The position numbers and the translations under genes are program-made. A stretch of DNA of 64,000 nucleotides, taken from assembly GCF_947503855.1 (NCBI RefSeq), contig NZ_CANNFF010000011.1, positions 71,038 through 135,037 on the forward strand, written 5' to 3'. The notes below the pieces were generated by a model. It saw nothing but the letters and a program-made list of their open reading frames with translations. It was not told where the DNA came from and searched no databases. Each line of letters starts with the position of its first letter. Positions within the stretch are counted from its first letter, which is position 1. The DNA comes from an uncultured Polaribacter sp. (lineage in GTDB: Bacteria > Bacteroidota > Bacteroidia > Flavobacteriales > Flavobacteriaceae). Positions 27,886-36,807 of this stretch are shown here, in pieces.

Positions 27886-27975
27886 ATGCCAAGTGGTAAA
27901 AAAAGAAAGAGAGCTAAGATCTCTACACACAAAAGAAAGAAAAGAGCTAGAGCAAATAGACATAAGAAAAAGTAA
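27886..27975 (+). CDS. Unannotated 29-aa hyperbasic ORF, probable bS22-type (AURKAIP1/COX24-like) small ribosomal protein
   Basis: ATG at 27886, TAA at 27973-27975. Peptide MPSGKKRKRAKISTHKRKKRARANRHKKK has 19 of 29 residues K/R/H. Followed directly by a terminator hairpin. Resembles mycobacterial bS22 (..[20 protein letters not shown]..) from memory. Confidence 0.6.
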   Translation: MPSGKKRKRAKISTHKRKKRARANRHKKK

Positions 27976-27992
27976 GCATTTGCTTACTTTTT
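27970..27992 (+). terminator. Intrinsic terminator after the mini-ORF
   Basis: AGTAAGCA-tt-TGCTTACT followed by TTTT. Confidence 0.65.
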
Positions 27993-28047
27993 CGTTTATT
28001 GTTTAACGAAAAAGAAAAACCAACCCCAAAAAAGTTCATTGACATTT

Positions 28048-28137
28048 GAAAATTTACACGCTGTGTAAGGCAGTAAATTTTCTAACGGTATTACAAAATA
28101 CCTGACAATATTAATCCATCTGCACAACGAAGTGCAG
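28048..28137 (+). promoter_or_regulatory. Structured 5' leader of the RNase E/G gene (three consecutive hairpins)
   Basis: GAAAATTTAC...GTAAATTTTC (28048-28082, 10 bp). GGTATT-acaa-AATACC (28087-28102). CTGCAC-aacgaa-GTGCAG (28120-28137). ATG at 28157. Confidence 0.45.
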
Positions 28138-28156
28138 TGTTAAAACCAAATTCAGC

Positions 28157-29686
28157 ATGAAAACAGAATTAATAATTCGTTCGAATTCATCTGATATTGA
28201 TTTTGCCTTATTAAGAGATGGAAAACTTATTGAATTAAATAATGAAACAACTGGTAACAAATTTTCTGTTGGCGATATATTTTTAGCCAAAATAGGAAAA
28301 GTGTTAACAGGTTTAAATGCAGCCTTTGTAAATGTAGGATACCCAAAAGATGGGTTTTTACATTATCACGATTTAGGTGCGCAAGTAAACTCATTAAATA
28401 CATTCATTAAGAAAGTAAGCACAGGTAAGTATAAAGAATTCACTTTAAAAAACTTCCGTTTTGAGGAAGACATTAACAAAGACGGTAGTATTAACAACGT
28501 ACTAAAATCGGGGCAAAACCTGTTAGTACAAATTGTTAAAGAACCAATTTCTACAAAAGGCCCAAGATTAAGTTCTGAGTTGTCTATAGCAGGTAGATTT
28601 TTGGTTTTAGTTCCTTTTTCTAACAGAGTATCTGTATCTCAAAAGATTGCAGATCCAAAAGAAAAAGAACGATTAAAAAGATTAGCAAAAAGCATAAAGC
28701 CAAAAGGTTTTGGCGTTATTTTAAGAACTGTTGCAGAAGGTAAAAAAGTAGCAGAATTAGATAAAGATTTGCAAAACTCCTTAGAACGTTGGAAAACCAT
28801 GTGTAAGCGTATTGCTAACACAAATACACCAACTAAAATTTTAAGCGAACTTAACAGAGCATCTTCTATACTAAGAGATGTTATGAATGATAGTTTTACA
28901 AGTATCATAACCAATGATGAAACTTTAAAAGTAGAAATTAAAGAATATCTACAAGAAATTTACCCTGAAAAGGAAAAAATTGTAAAGTTGCATAGGTCTG
29001 ATATTCCAATTTTTGAAAAATATGGAATTGAAAGACAAATAAAAACATCGTTTGGTAAAACAGTTTCTATGAGTAAAGGTGCCTATTTGGTAATAGAGCA
29101 CACAGAAGCATTACACGTTATTGATGTAAATAGCGGAAACCGTTCTAATAAAGCAGGTTCTCAAGAAGATACAGCATTAGAAGTTAATTTAATTTCTGCC
29201 ACAGAAATTGCACGTCAATTACAATTACGTGATATGGGTGGTATAATCGTTGTAGATTTTATAGACATGCATAAAGCTGAAAATAGAAACAAACTTTATC
29301 AGCATTTAAAAGAACAAATGGCTTTGGATAGAACAAAGCACAAAATATTACCTCCAAGTAAATTTGGTTTGGTGCAAATTACAAGACAAAGGGTTAGACC
29401 AGAGTTAAGTATAAAAACTACCGAGACCAACCCAAATAAAAATGGAGAAGTAGAAGCGCCCATTGTCTTGTTAGACAAAATAGAAGCAGATTTAGAAAAA
29501 TTTATTTCTAATCCAAAAAATAAAAAGATACAATTACACTTGCATCCTTTTATCGCTGCTTATTTACTAAAAGGCGTAAATTCTATACGTTTTAAATGGT
29601 ATTTAAAACACAAAAAGTGGATTACTATTATACCTAGAGATGCTTACACATACTTACACTATAAATTTAAATCTGTAAAAGATTAA
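28157..29686 (+). CDS. rng: Ribonuclease E/G family endoribonuclease
   Basis: S1-like N-terminus (GDIFLAKIGKVLTGLNAAFVNVG). Catalytic region HVIDVNSG and GGIIVVDFIDM, typical of Rne/Rng. Confidence 0.9.
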   Translation: MKTELIIRSNSSDIDFALLRDGKLIELNNETTGNKFSVGDIFLAKIGKVLTGLNAAFVNVGYPKDGFLHYHDLGAQVNSLNTFIKKVSTGKYKEFTLKNFRFEEDINKDGSINNVLKSGQNLLVQIVKEPISTKGPRLSSELSIAGRFLVLVPFSNRVSVSQKIADPKEKERLKRLAKSIKPKGFGVILRTVAEGKKVAELDKDLQNSLERWKTMCKRIANTNTPTKILSELNRASSILRDVMNDSFTSIITNDETLKVEIKEYLQEIYPEKEKIVKLHRSDIPIFEKYGIERQIKTSFGKTVSMSKGAYLVIEHTEALHVIDVNSGNRSNKAGSQEDTALEVNLISATEIARQLQLRDMGGIIVVDFIDMHKAENRNKLYQHLKEQMALDRTKHKILPPSKFGLVQITRQRVRPELSIKTTETNPNKNGEVEAPIVLLDKIEADLEKFISNPKNKKIQLHLHPFIAAYLLKGVNSIRFKWYLKHKKWITIIPRDAYTYLHYKFKSVKD

Positions 29687-29723
29687 TTTTTATACATGTA
29701 GAAGGCAATAATTTATTATCAAT

Positions 29724-29758
29724 AAAAACCCAAAACTTATAAGTTTTGGGTTTTTTTT
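29724..29758. terminator. Bidirectional intrinsic terminator
   Basis: AAAAACCCAAAACTTA/TAAGTTTTGGGTTTTT perfect palindrome with flanking A- and T-runs. Confidence 0.8.
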
Positions 29759-29776
29759 ATTTTTAAAAATAAATTT

Positions 29777-30835
29777 TTATTTTTTCTCTTTAATGAGATA
29801 CATATATACAGGAAAATGATCTGAGTAACCCCCTGTATAACCTCCTTTAGAAAAGCTTCTAAAAGGATAGCCTTTGTATCTACCTTTTTTCTGAGTTAAA
29901 AAACGTTTATTAAAAATGTTTGCTTGATACATTTTATAAGTAGTATAATCTTTTGTTCTTTTGTTTAGTAAAGGGGCAGAAATTAAAATCATATCAAAGA
30001 GGTTTAAATTATCTCTGTAAGCTAATGTGTTAAAGCCTCTTCTATGTAAGTCTTCATAAGGGTTGTAAATATCGTTTTCATTTACATCTCTTTTTCTACT
30101 TTTGGTTTTTAAAACTTTTTTAAAACTAGAGTTTATAGGATCATCATTAAAATCGCCCATAGTTAAAATCTTAGCATTGGGGTCTTTTTGTCTAATTTTT
30201 TCTATAATTTTTGTGTTTTGGTAAGCCGCTTTTTCACGCAAAGGTCTACTTTTTGCTTCACCACCACTTCTAGAGGGCCAGTGGTTGACTATTAAATGAA
30301 TTAACTCGTCATCTAAATACCCAGAGACTAATAGTTGATCTCTAGTATAAACTTTGTAACCATCTCTATAAATATTTGGGTTAAAAGCTTCGTGATACAC
30401 AGGTTTAAAATATTTTTTTTGATATAATAAAGCTACATCAATACCTCTTTTATCAGACGAATTATAATGTATAATACCATAATGCTGTTTTGTCAAATGT
30501 TTAGATTTCACTAAATCTTCTAAAACACTTAAGTTTTCCACTTCAGAAACCCCAATTATTGCAGGACTCGTTTTTGCTTTATCCAGTCCAATTTGAGCAA
30601 TGGTACTTCCTAGTTTATCTATCTTATCCCAATAGACTTTTGATCTGTTGGTTTTTAGCTTCATTATTGGGCTTGCTCCATCATTGATAGAGGTATCATT
30701 TATAGTGTCAAAAAGATTTTCTAAATTGTAAAAAGCAATAGTTCTAATTGTGTATTTTTTTTCTTTTTTCTGAGAAAAAAATACTGTATTTGTAGAAATT
30801 AGAAATACAATAAGTAGGGTTACTTTTCTTTTCAT
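29777..30835 (-). CDS. Secreted endonuclease/exonuclease/phosphatase (EEP) family protein, probable extracellular nuclease
   Basis: Signal peptide MKRKVTLLIVFLISTNTVFFSQ from the ATG at 30835; the ORF track starts 10 codons earlier at 30865. EEP strand motifs AFYNLENLFD, GVSEVEN, MGDFND and GYSDHFPV. Confidence 0.8.
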   Translation of the reverse strand: MKRKVTLLIVFLISTNTVFFSQKKEKKYTIRTIAFYNLENLFDTINDTSINDGASPIMKLKTNRSKVYWDKIDKLGSTIAQIGLDKAKTSPAIIGVSEVENLSVLEDLVKSKHLTKQHYGIIHYNSSDKRGIDVALLYQKKYFKPVYHEAFNPNIYRDGYKVYTRDQLLVSGYLDDELIHLIVNHWPSRSGGEAKSRPLREKAAYQNTKIIEKIRQKDPNAKILTMGDFNDDPINSSFKKVLKTKSRKRDVNENDIYNPYEDLHRRGFNTLAYRDNLNLFDMILISAPLLNKRTKDYTTYKMYQANIFNKRFLTQKKGRYKGYPFRSFSKGGYTGGYSDHFPVYMYLIKEKK

Positions 30836-30954
30836 TTGTGCTTTTTCTTTCTGTAAAAATATCAAACATAATTTATAATTTACTAATAAAATAGGTTTAT
30901 TGTTGAAAATAACCTAAATTTAAATGCTAAATTGAATGAAAAAAAGAGAAAGTT

Positions 30955-33705
30955 ATGGTAAAATTTATTTTATCTACAATTTTTGTGATGCTATTTTTTA
31001 TAGAAACAAATGCACAAAATATTGTAAAAGGTATTGTTATAGATAACAATACAGAAAACCCCTTAGTTAACGTTCTCATACACGTTAAAAATACAATTAT
31101 CAACAAAAAAACGCAACTAAATGGTGTTTTTATTATTGATAAACTTCCCAATGGAAAGTATCTTTTAGAGATTTCTATTAATGGTTACGAAACTCAAGTT
31201 TTTCCAATTCAACTTAATGGAAAACCAATTAATTTAGGTACAATTTATCTTTTTAAAGATATTACAGAAGACCAAGACTTAAGTATTATAACCATTACAG
31301 ATGATGAGTTAAATGACGATGCAAGTGCTGCAGATAACATATCGGGTTTATTACAAGCAACAAAAGATGTCTTTTTAAGGTCTGCTGCGTTCGAGTTTAG
31401 TTCTTCTTTTTTTAGAATTAAAGGGCTAGATTCTGGAAATGGTAAAGTACTTATTAACGGAATTGAAATGAACAAAATTTATGATGGAAGAGCACAATGG
31501 AGTAATTGGGGTGGTTTAAATGATGTTTTACGAAACCAAGAATTTAGTAATGGATTAGCACCTTCTAACTACACTTTTGGCGGTGTTTTAGGTTCTACTA
31601 ACATTAATACTAGAGCTTCTCAACAAAGACCAGGAACCAGAATTTCATATTCATCATCTAACAGAAGTTATGTGCATAGGTTAATGGCAACCCACTCTAC
31701 AGGTGTTTTAGAAGGAGATTGGGCAATAACAGTTTCTGGAAGTAGAAGAGCAGGCTTAGAAGGTTTTAACGAAGGTACTTCCTACAATGCATACTCATTA
31801 TTTTCATCCGTAGAAAAAAAGATTAACGAAAACCATAGTATAAACTTTACATCTATTTTTACACCAAACAGAAGAGGTAAATCTTCTCCAAATACCCAAG
31901 AAGTATTTGATTTAAAAGGAATAGCTTATAATGATTATTGGGGCTATTTAAATGGAAGAAAGGTAAACTCTAGAATAAAAGAGGTAAAAGAGCCAATTTT
32001 AATGTTAAACCATTATTGGGATTTATCTGATAATAGCACATTGCAAACTAATATATCTTATCAATTTGGTAAAATAGGTAACAGTCGTTTAGATTTTAAT
32101 GGTGGTGCAAACCCAAGCCCAACTTATTATCAATATTTACCAAGTTTTCAACTTAGAAATGAGGATTTAGCAGGAGCTTACACATCAAGAGAAAATTTTC
32201 AAGAAGATGGTCAATTAGATTGGAATAGAATTTTTGATGCAAACATTACAAATGCAAATGCAGGTATAGAAAATGCTTATGTACTTTATGAAGATAGAAG
32301 TGATGATAAGCAATTAACAGTAAACACTATTTTTAACTCAGACATTACAAACAACATTACTTTAAGTGGTAAATTAGAATACAGAAGATTACGTTCTAAT
32401 AGTTTTGCAGAAGTTATAGATTTATTAGGTGGTAAAGGTTATTTAGATATCAACCCTTTTGCAGATACAGAAATCCAACAACAAAATGATATCTTAAATC
32501 CTAATAGAGTTGTTGGAGAAAGAGATGCTTTTAGATACAACTACAATTTAAATTCAAATATGGCAAGTGCTTTTTTACAAGCACAATTTAAGTATAAAAA
32601 AGTAGATTTTTTTACCGCATTTAGTGTTTCCAATACTACACATCAAAGAGAAGGTTTATACCAAAATGGTAGATTTGAAAATAATTCTTTAGGAAAATCT
32701 AAAAAATTAGACTTTATAAACTTTGGTGCAAAAGCAGGTGCAACTTATAAAATTACAGGACGCCATTTAATAGATGCAAATGTAGCTTATGTAACCAATG
32801 CACCTACAATTAGAAACTCTTTTGCAAATTCTAGAGAAAATAATTTTGTGGTAGATGATTTGGTTAGCGAAAAAGTATTTTCATCAGATATAAGTTATAT
32901 TGTTAGAAGCCCAATAATTACCTCTAGATTAACTGGTTACTATACCAATGTACAAGATGCAACAGAAATATCTTTTTATTTTGCAGATGGTATTGGTGGC
33001 GATAATACAGCTTTTGTACAAGAAATACTTTCTGGTATCAACAAACAACACATAGGTTTAGAACTAGGTATAGAGGCGCAAGTTACACCAACTATAAAGT
33101 TAAAAGGTGCAGCAGCTATTGGGCAACATACTTACAGCAATAATCCAGATTTATATTTAACATCAGATGTAGCTAATAATGGTGGTTTTGATGCAGACTT
33201 TAGATCTAAAGATTATGTGTCAAATTTAAAAAACTACAAATTGGCTTCTGGTCCACAAAATGCTTATTCTGTTGGTTTCGAGTACAGAGATCCAGATTAT
33301 TGGTGGGTTGGTGCTACCACAAATTTCTTTTCAAATATTTATGTTGATGTTGCTCCATTAAATAGGTCTTCAAACTTTTTTGAAGACGCAGATGGTTTAC
33401 CATTTGCAGATTACGATCCAGATTTAGCAAGAGAATTATTGCAACAAGAAAAATTTGACGATTATACGGTTGTAAATTTAATTGGTGGTAAATCATGGAA
33501 AATAGGCGATAAATATATTAGTCTATTTGCAACAGTAAATAACTTATTAGGAGAAGAGTACAAGTCTGGTGGTTTTGAACAAGGTAGAAATGCCAACTTT
33601 AGACAATTAAGAGACGACAAAGCACTAGATACACCCGTTTTTGGTAATAAATATTGGTACGGAAGAGGTACAACCTACTTTTTAAATTTAAATATATCAT
33701 TCTAA
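30955..33705 (+). CDS. TonB-dependent receptor with carboxypeptidase-regulatory-like N-domain (no SusD partner)
   Basis: Signal peptide. NGKYLLEISINGYETQ CarbopepD_reg-like. Plug region. ~700-aa barrel ending LNLNISF. Confidence 0.88.
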   Translation: MVKFILSTIFVMLFFIETNAQNIVKGIVIDNNTENPLVNVLIHVKNTIINKKTQLNGVFIIDKLPNGKYLLEISINGYETQVFPIQLNGKPINLGTIYLFKDITEDQDLSIITITDDELNDDASAADNISGLLQATKDVFLRSAAFEFSSSFFRIKGLDSGNGKVLINGIEMNKIYDGRAQWSNWGGLNDVLRNQEFSNGLAPSNYTFGGVLGSTNINTRASQQRPGTRISYSSSNRSYVHRLMATHSTGVLEGDWAITVSGSRRAGLEGFNEGTSYNAYSLFSSVEKKINENHSINFTSIFTPNRRGKSSPNTQEVFDLKGIAYNDYWGYLNGRKVNSRIKEVKEPILMLNHYWDLSDNSTLQTNISYQFGKIGNSRLDFNGGANPSPTYYQYLPSFQLRNEDLAGAYTSRENFQEDGQLDWNRIFDANITNANAGIENAYVLYEDRSDDKQLTVNTIFNSDITNNITLSGKLEYRRLRSNSFAEVIDLLGGKGYLDINPFADTEIQQQNDILNPNRVVGERDAFRYNYNLNSNMASAFLQAQFKYKKVDFFTAFSVSNTTHQREGLYQNGRFENNSLGKSKKLDFINFGAKAGATYKITGRHLIDANVAYVTNAPTIRNSFANSRENNFVVDDLVSEKVFSSDISYIVRSPIITSRLTGYYTNVQDATEISFYFADGIGGDNTAFVQEILSGINKQHIGLELGIEAQVTPTIKLKGAAAIGQHTYSNNPDLYLTSDVANNGGFDADFRSKDYVSNLKNYKLASGPQNAYSVGFEYRDPDYWWVGATTNFFSNIYVDVAPLNRSSNFFEDADGLPFADYDPDLARELLQQEKFDDYTVVNLIGGKSWKIGDKYISLFATVNNLLGEEYKSGGFEQGRNANFRQLRDDKALDTPVFGNKYWYGRGTTYFLNLNISF

Positions 33706-33720
33706 AAAAAAATAATTAAA

Positions 33721-35145
33721 ATGAAAACAAATAAAATAATCATCATATTACTAGCCTTTGTATCTAGCATTTCTTTTACCTCTTGTGTAGAAGATGGATA
33801 CTTTACAGTACCCCAAAATTTAGGAGTAGAAGAAAATGAAAATTTAAATGCACTTTTAGATAGCATAAATCAAGGTTTCGTAGAATTAAAGTCTATAAAA
33901 GATTTAAAAAAAATCTATATTTCTGGTAGTAACCCTATAGAAATAGTGTCTAATATCGCTGTAAAAGGATATGTTATTTCTTCAGATGAAAATGGTAATT
34001 TCTTTAGAGAATTTTATATACAAGACCAACCAGAAAACCCAACTTCTGGAATTAAAGTAGCTATAAATTTAACTAATATTAATACCAAATTTAATTTTGG
34101 AAGGGAAGTTTATGTAAGATTAAAAGGTTTATATATTGGAGAAACAAATTCTGGTGATGGTGTAACTACAATTGGGGGTAAAGTAAAATTAGTAGATAAT
34201 AGAGAGATAGATAATATTACTGTAAATAAATCTTTAAATCAATTTTTTAGATCAAAAACTATAGCTGAAATTATTCCTAAAATTGTAACCCTAGGAGATA
34301 TAAACAATCCAGAAAATCTTTGTACCTATGTTAGTGTAGAAAATGCTTATTTTGCTGGAAATACAGAAGGTAAGACATATATAGATCCTACAGAAGATTT
34401 TGATACCAAAAGAACTATAGAAACTTGCCAAGGTCCTGGCATTGTAGAGGCTTTTGTAGAAACAAGTTCTTTTGCAGACTTTGCTAATTTAGCGTTACCA
34501 AAAGGAGGAGGTTTTTTAAATGCGGTTGTTTCTAAAGATTTTCCTGGAGATTTTACAGTACTAGTTTTAAATTCAGCAGATGGTGTAAATATGAACGGAA
34601 CAAAGTGTACTCCTGAATCACTATCAGATTTTTCAACAATTTTATTAAATGAAAATTTTGAGACAACTTCTGGAGATATAAATATTGCTGGTTGGACAAA
34701 TTACAGTGAAAAAGGCACTAAACTTTGGCGTTCTTATTTTGATAATGATGTACAAAGTAGAGCTGCAAATATTGGTTCTTTTAGATCTGGAAATGCTTCA
34801 ACAATATCGTGGTTAATTACAAAAGGTATAGATTTAGATACAACATCAGAAGAATATTTTTCTTTTGATACTTCTACATCTTTTGCAGATAGTAGTACTT
34901 TAGAGGTTTTAATATCATCTAACTGGGATGGTTTAGAAACAACAATTACGAGTGCTAATTGGGAAAAACTACCTGCAAGAATAGCATCAAATAGTGATGA
35001 CTTTAGAACTTTTATTAACTCAACTTACATTAATTTATCAAATTATACAGGTACAGTTTACATCGCATTTAAATATATAGGGAGTGGAGATGAAGATTTT
35101 GATGGAACTTATGAGATAGATAATGTAGTAATTAACGCAAAATAA
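33721..35145 (+). CDS. Surface lipoprotein: N-terminal YhcR/ExeM-like OB-fold (DUF5689-like) plus C-terminal choice-of-anchor-J-like domain
   Basis: Lipobox SFTSC. VKGYVISSDENGNFFREFYIQDQPENPTSGIKVAI...GREVYVRLKGLYIGE resembles the OB-fold preceding the EEP domain in extracellular nucleases. C-terminal LLNENFE...WTNY...WLITKGIDL...YEIDNVVI. Starts 15 nt after the TBDR stop. Confidence 0.65.
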   Translation: MKTNKIIIILLAFVSSISFTSCVEDGYFTVPQNLGVEENENLNALLDSINQGFVELKSIKDLKKIYISGSNPIEIVSNIAVKGYVISSDENGNFFREFYIQDQPENPTSGIKVAINLTNINTKFNFGREVYVRLKGLYIGETNSGDGVTTIGGKVKLVDNREIDNITVNKSLNQFFRSKTIAEIIPKIVTLGDINNPENLCTYVSVENAYFAGNTEGKTYIDPTEDFDTKRTIETCQGPGIVEAFVETSSFADFANLALPKGGGFLNAVVSKDFPGDFTVLVLNSADGVNMNGTKCTPESLSDFSTILLNENFETTSGDINIAGWTNYSEKGTKLWRSYFDNDVQSRAANIGSFRSGNASTISWLITKGIDLDTTSEEYFSFDTSTSFADSSTLEVLISSNWDGLETTITSANWEKLPARIASNSDDFRTFINSTYINLSNYTGTVYIAFKYIGSGDEDFDGTYEIDNVVINAK

Positions 35146-35154
35146 TAACTTATT

Positions 35155-35188
35155 AAAACCAGTAAAGATTTTTCTTTACTGGTTTTTT
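35155..35188 (+). terminator. Intrinsic terminator
   Basis: CCAGTAAAGA-tttt-TCTTTACTGG followed by TTTTTT. Confidence 0.8.
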
Positions 35189-35201
35189 CTATTTTTACAC
35201 T

Positions 35202-35603
35202 ATGGATAAAATAGAACACATTGGTATTGCAGTTAAAAACTTAGAGGAATCTAACAAGCTATTTGCATCATTATTTGGTAAAACACATTACAAAGTAGAA
35301 GAAGTGGCTTCAGAAGGTGTTAAAACCTCTTTCTTTAACACAGGCCCTAATAAAATAGAATTATTACAAGCTACAAATGTAGATAGTCCCATTGCAAAAT
35401 TTATAGAAAAAAAAGGAGAAGGCATTCATCATATTGCCTTTGCAGTTTCTGATATTAAAACTGAAATTAAAAGATTAAAAAACGAAGGTTTTGTTGTGTT
35501 AAATGAAGAACCAAAAAAAGGAGCCGATAATAAATTAGTGGCTTTTTTACATCCAAAAACTACTAATGGTGTTTTAATTGAGCTGTGCCAAGAAATCAAT
35601 TAG
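35202..35603 (+). CDS. mce: Methylmalonyl-CoA epimerase (VOC/glyoxalase family)
   Basis: IEHIGIAVKNLEES..., IELLQ, GEGIHHIAFAV and GVLIELCQ are typical of Mce. Confidence 0.85.
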   Translation: MDKIEHIGIAVKNLEESNKLFASLFGKTHYKVEEVASEGVKTSFFNTGPNKIELLQATNVDSPIAKFIEKKGEGIHHIAFAVSDIKTEIKRLKNEGFVVLNEEPKKGADNKLVAFLHPKTTNGVLIELCQEIN

Positions 35604-35679
35604 TTAAAATACTGCAAAGACGCACTGTCAACTAATTTCTTATTATTATCTTGCCAACAGTTTAAAAGTTACCATAAAA

Positions 35680-36558
35680 ATGCCTTCAAAGTTTGAAACA
35701 TACCAAAAAAGACGTTTAGCATCTTCTTATATTTCTGTTGTAATTAGTATTGCTTTGGTGCTCTTTATGGTAGGTATTTTAGGACTCATGCTTTTAAAAT
35801 CTGCCTTGGTAGCAAATAGAGTAAAAGAAAAAGTAGCCATTACTTTATTTTTAAAAGATAAGGTAACTAGCAAACAAATAAATGGTTTTAAAGCTTCTTT
35901 ACAAAAAGAAAATTTTACAAAACGAATTATTTACACCTCTAAAAAACAAGCAGCAAAACAATACAGTAAAGAAATTGGCGAAGATTTTTTAAATTTTTTG
36001 GGAGAAAATCCGCTTAAAAACGGAATAGATATTTACTTAAAAGCAGATTTTGTTACTCCAGGAAAAATAGAAGAATTAGAAACAAAATTTCTAAAAAATG
36101 CATTTGTTGCAGATGTATCTTACGATAAATTATTGATAAACTTACTAACAAAAAATATTAAAAAAATTAGTTTTTGGTTGTTAATATTAAGTGGTTTTGT
36201 GGGTTTTATAGCCATTATTTTAATAAATAGCTCTATTAGGTTATCTATTTACTCTAAAAGATTTAACATAAAAACCATGCAAATGGTTGGTGCTACAAAA
36301 GGTTTTATTAGAAAACCTTTTATTTGGCAAAGTATAAAATTAGGGTTGGTTGCTGCAATTATTGCACTTTTAGGTTTAGCAGTTGTAATTTATTATGCAG
36401 ATAAATTTGCACCTAGTTTAGGCTTTTTAAAAGACTATATTTCTTTAGCATATTTAACAGGTGGTGTACTTTTAACAGCATTTATTATAACTTGGTTAAG
36501 TACCTTTTTTGCCACACAACGTTTTTTAAATTTACGAACAGACGAACTTTATTATTAA
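35680..36558 (+). CDS. ftsX: Cell division protein FtsX-like permease
   Basis: N-terminal TM, periplasmic loop, three C-terminal TMs, FtsX family layout. MQMVGATKGFIRKPF motif. Confidence 0.82.
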   Translation: MPSKFETYQKRRLASSYISVVISIALVLFMVGILGLMLLKSALVANRVKEKVAITLFLKDKVTSKQINGFKASLQKENFTKRIIYTSKKQAAKQYSKEIGEDFLNFLGENPLKNGIDIYLKADFVTPGKIEELETKFLKNAFVADVSYDKLLINLLTKNIKKISFWLLILSGFVGFIAIILINSSIRLSIYSKRFNIKTMQMVGATKGFIRKPFIWQSIKLGLVAAIIALLGLAVVIYYADKFAPSLGFLKDYISLAYLTGGVLLTAFIITWLSTFFATQRFLNLRTDELYY

Positions 36559-36562
36559 AAAC

Positions 36563-36805
36563 ATGAAAGAAGAACAACTACAAAAACCAGCATTTATTTT
36601 TGGAAAAAAGAATTATATTTTCATGATTATTGGTATCCTATGTATTGCTTTAGGATTTATTTTTATGGCAGGTGGTGGTAGTAACGACCCCAATTTTTTT
36701 AATAAAGAAATTTACAATTGGCAAAGAATACGTTTAGCACCCACCCTAGTAATTGTTGGTTTAGGTATAGAAATTTATGCTATTTTACTAAATCCTAAAA
36801 AATAA
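36563..36805 (+). CDS. Small membrane protein (DUF3098-like)
   Basis: 80 aa, two TM segments. Sits in the conserved Bacteroidetes ftsX-uppP position. Confidence 0.7.
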   Translation: MKEEQLQKPAFIFGKKNYIFMIIGILCIALGFIFMAGGGSNDPNFFNKEIYNWQRIRLAPTLVIVGLGIEIYAILLNPKK

Positions 36806-36807
36806 AT

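Noticed and set aside
30936-30954. Upstream ATG at 30936 as an extended start for the second TBDR.
   Set aside because: It is in a different reading frame from the TBDR ORF that starts at 30955.
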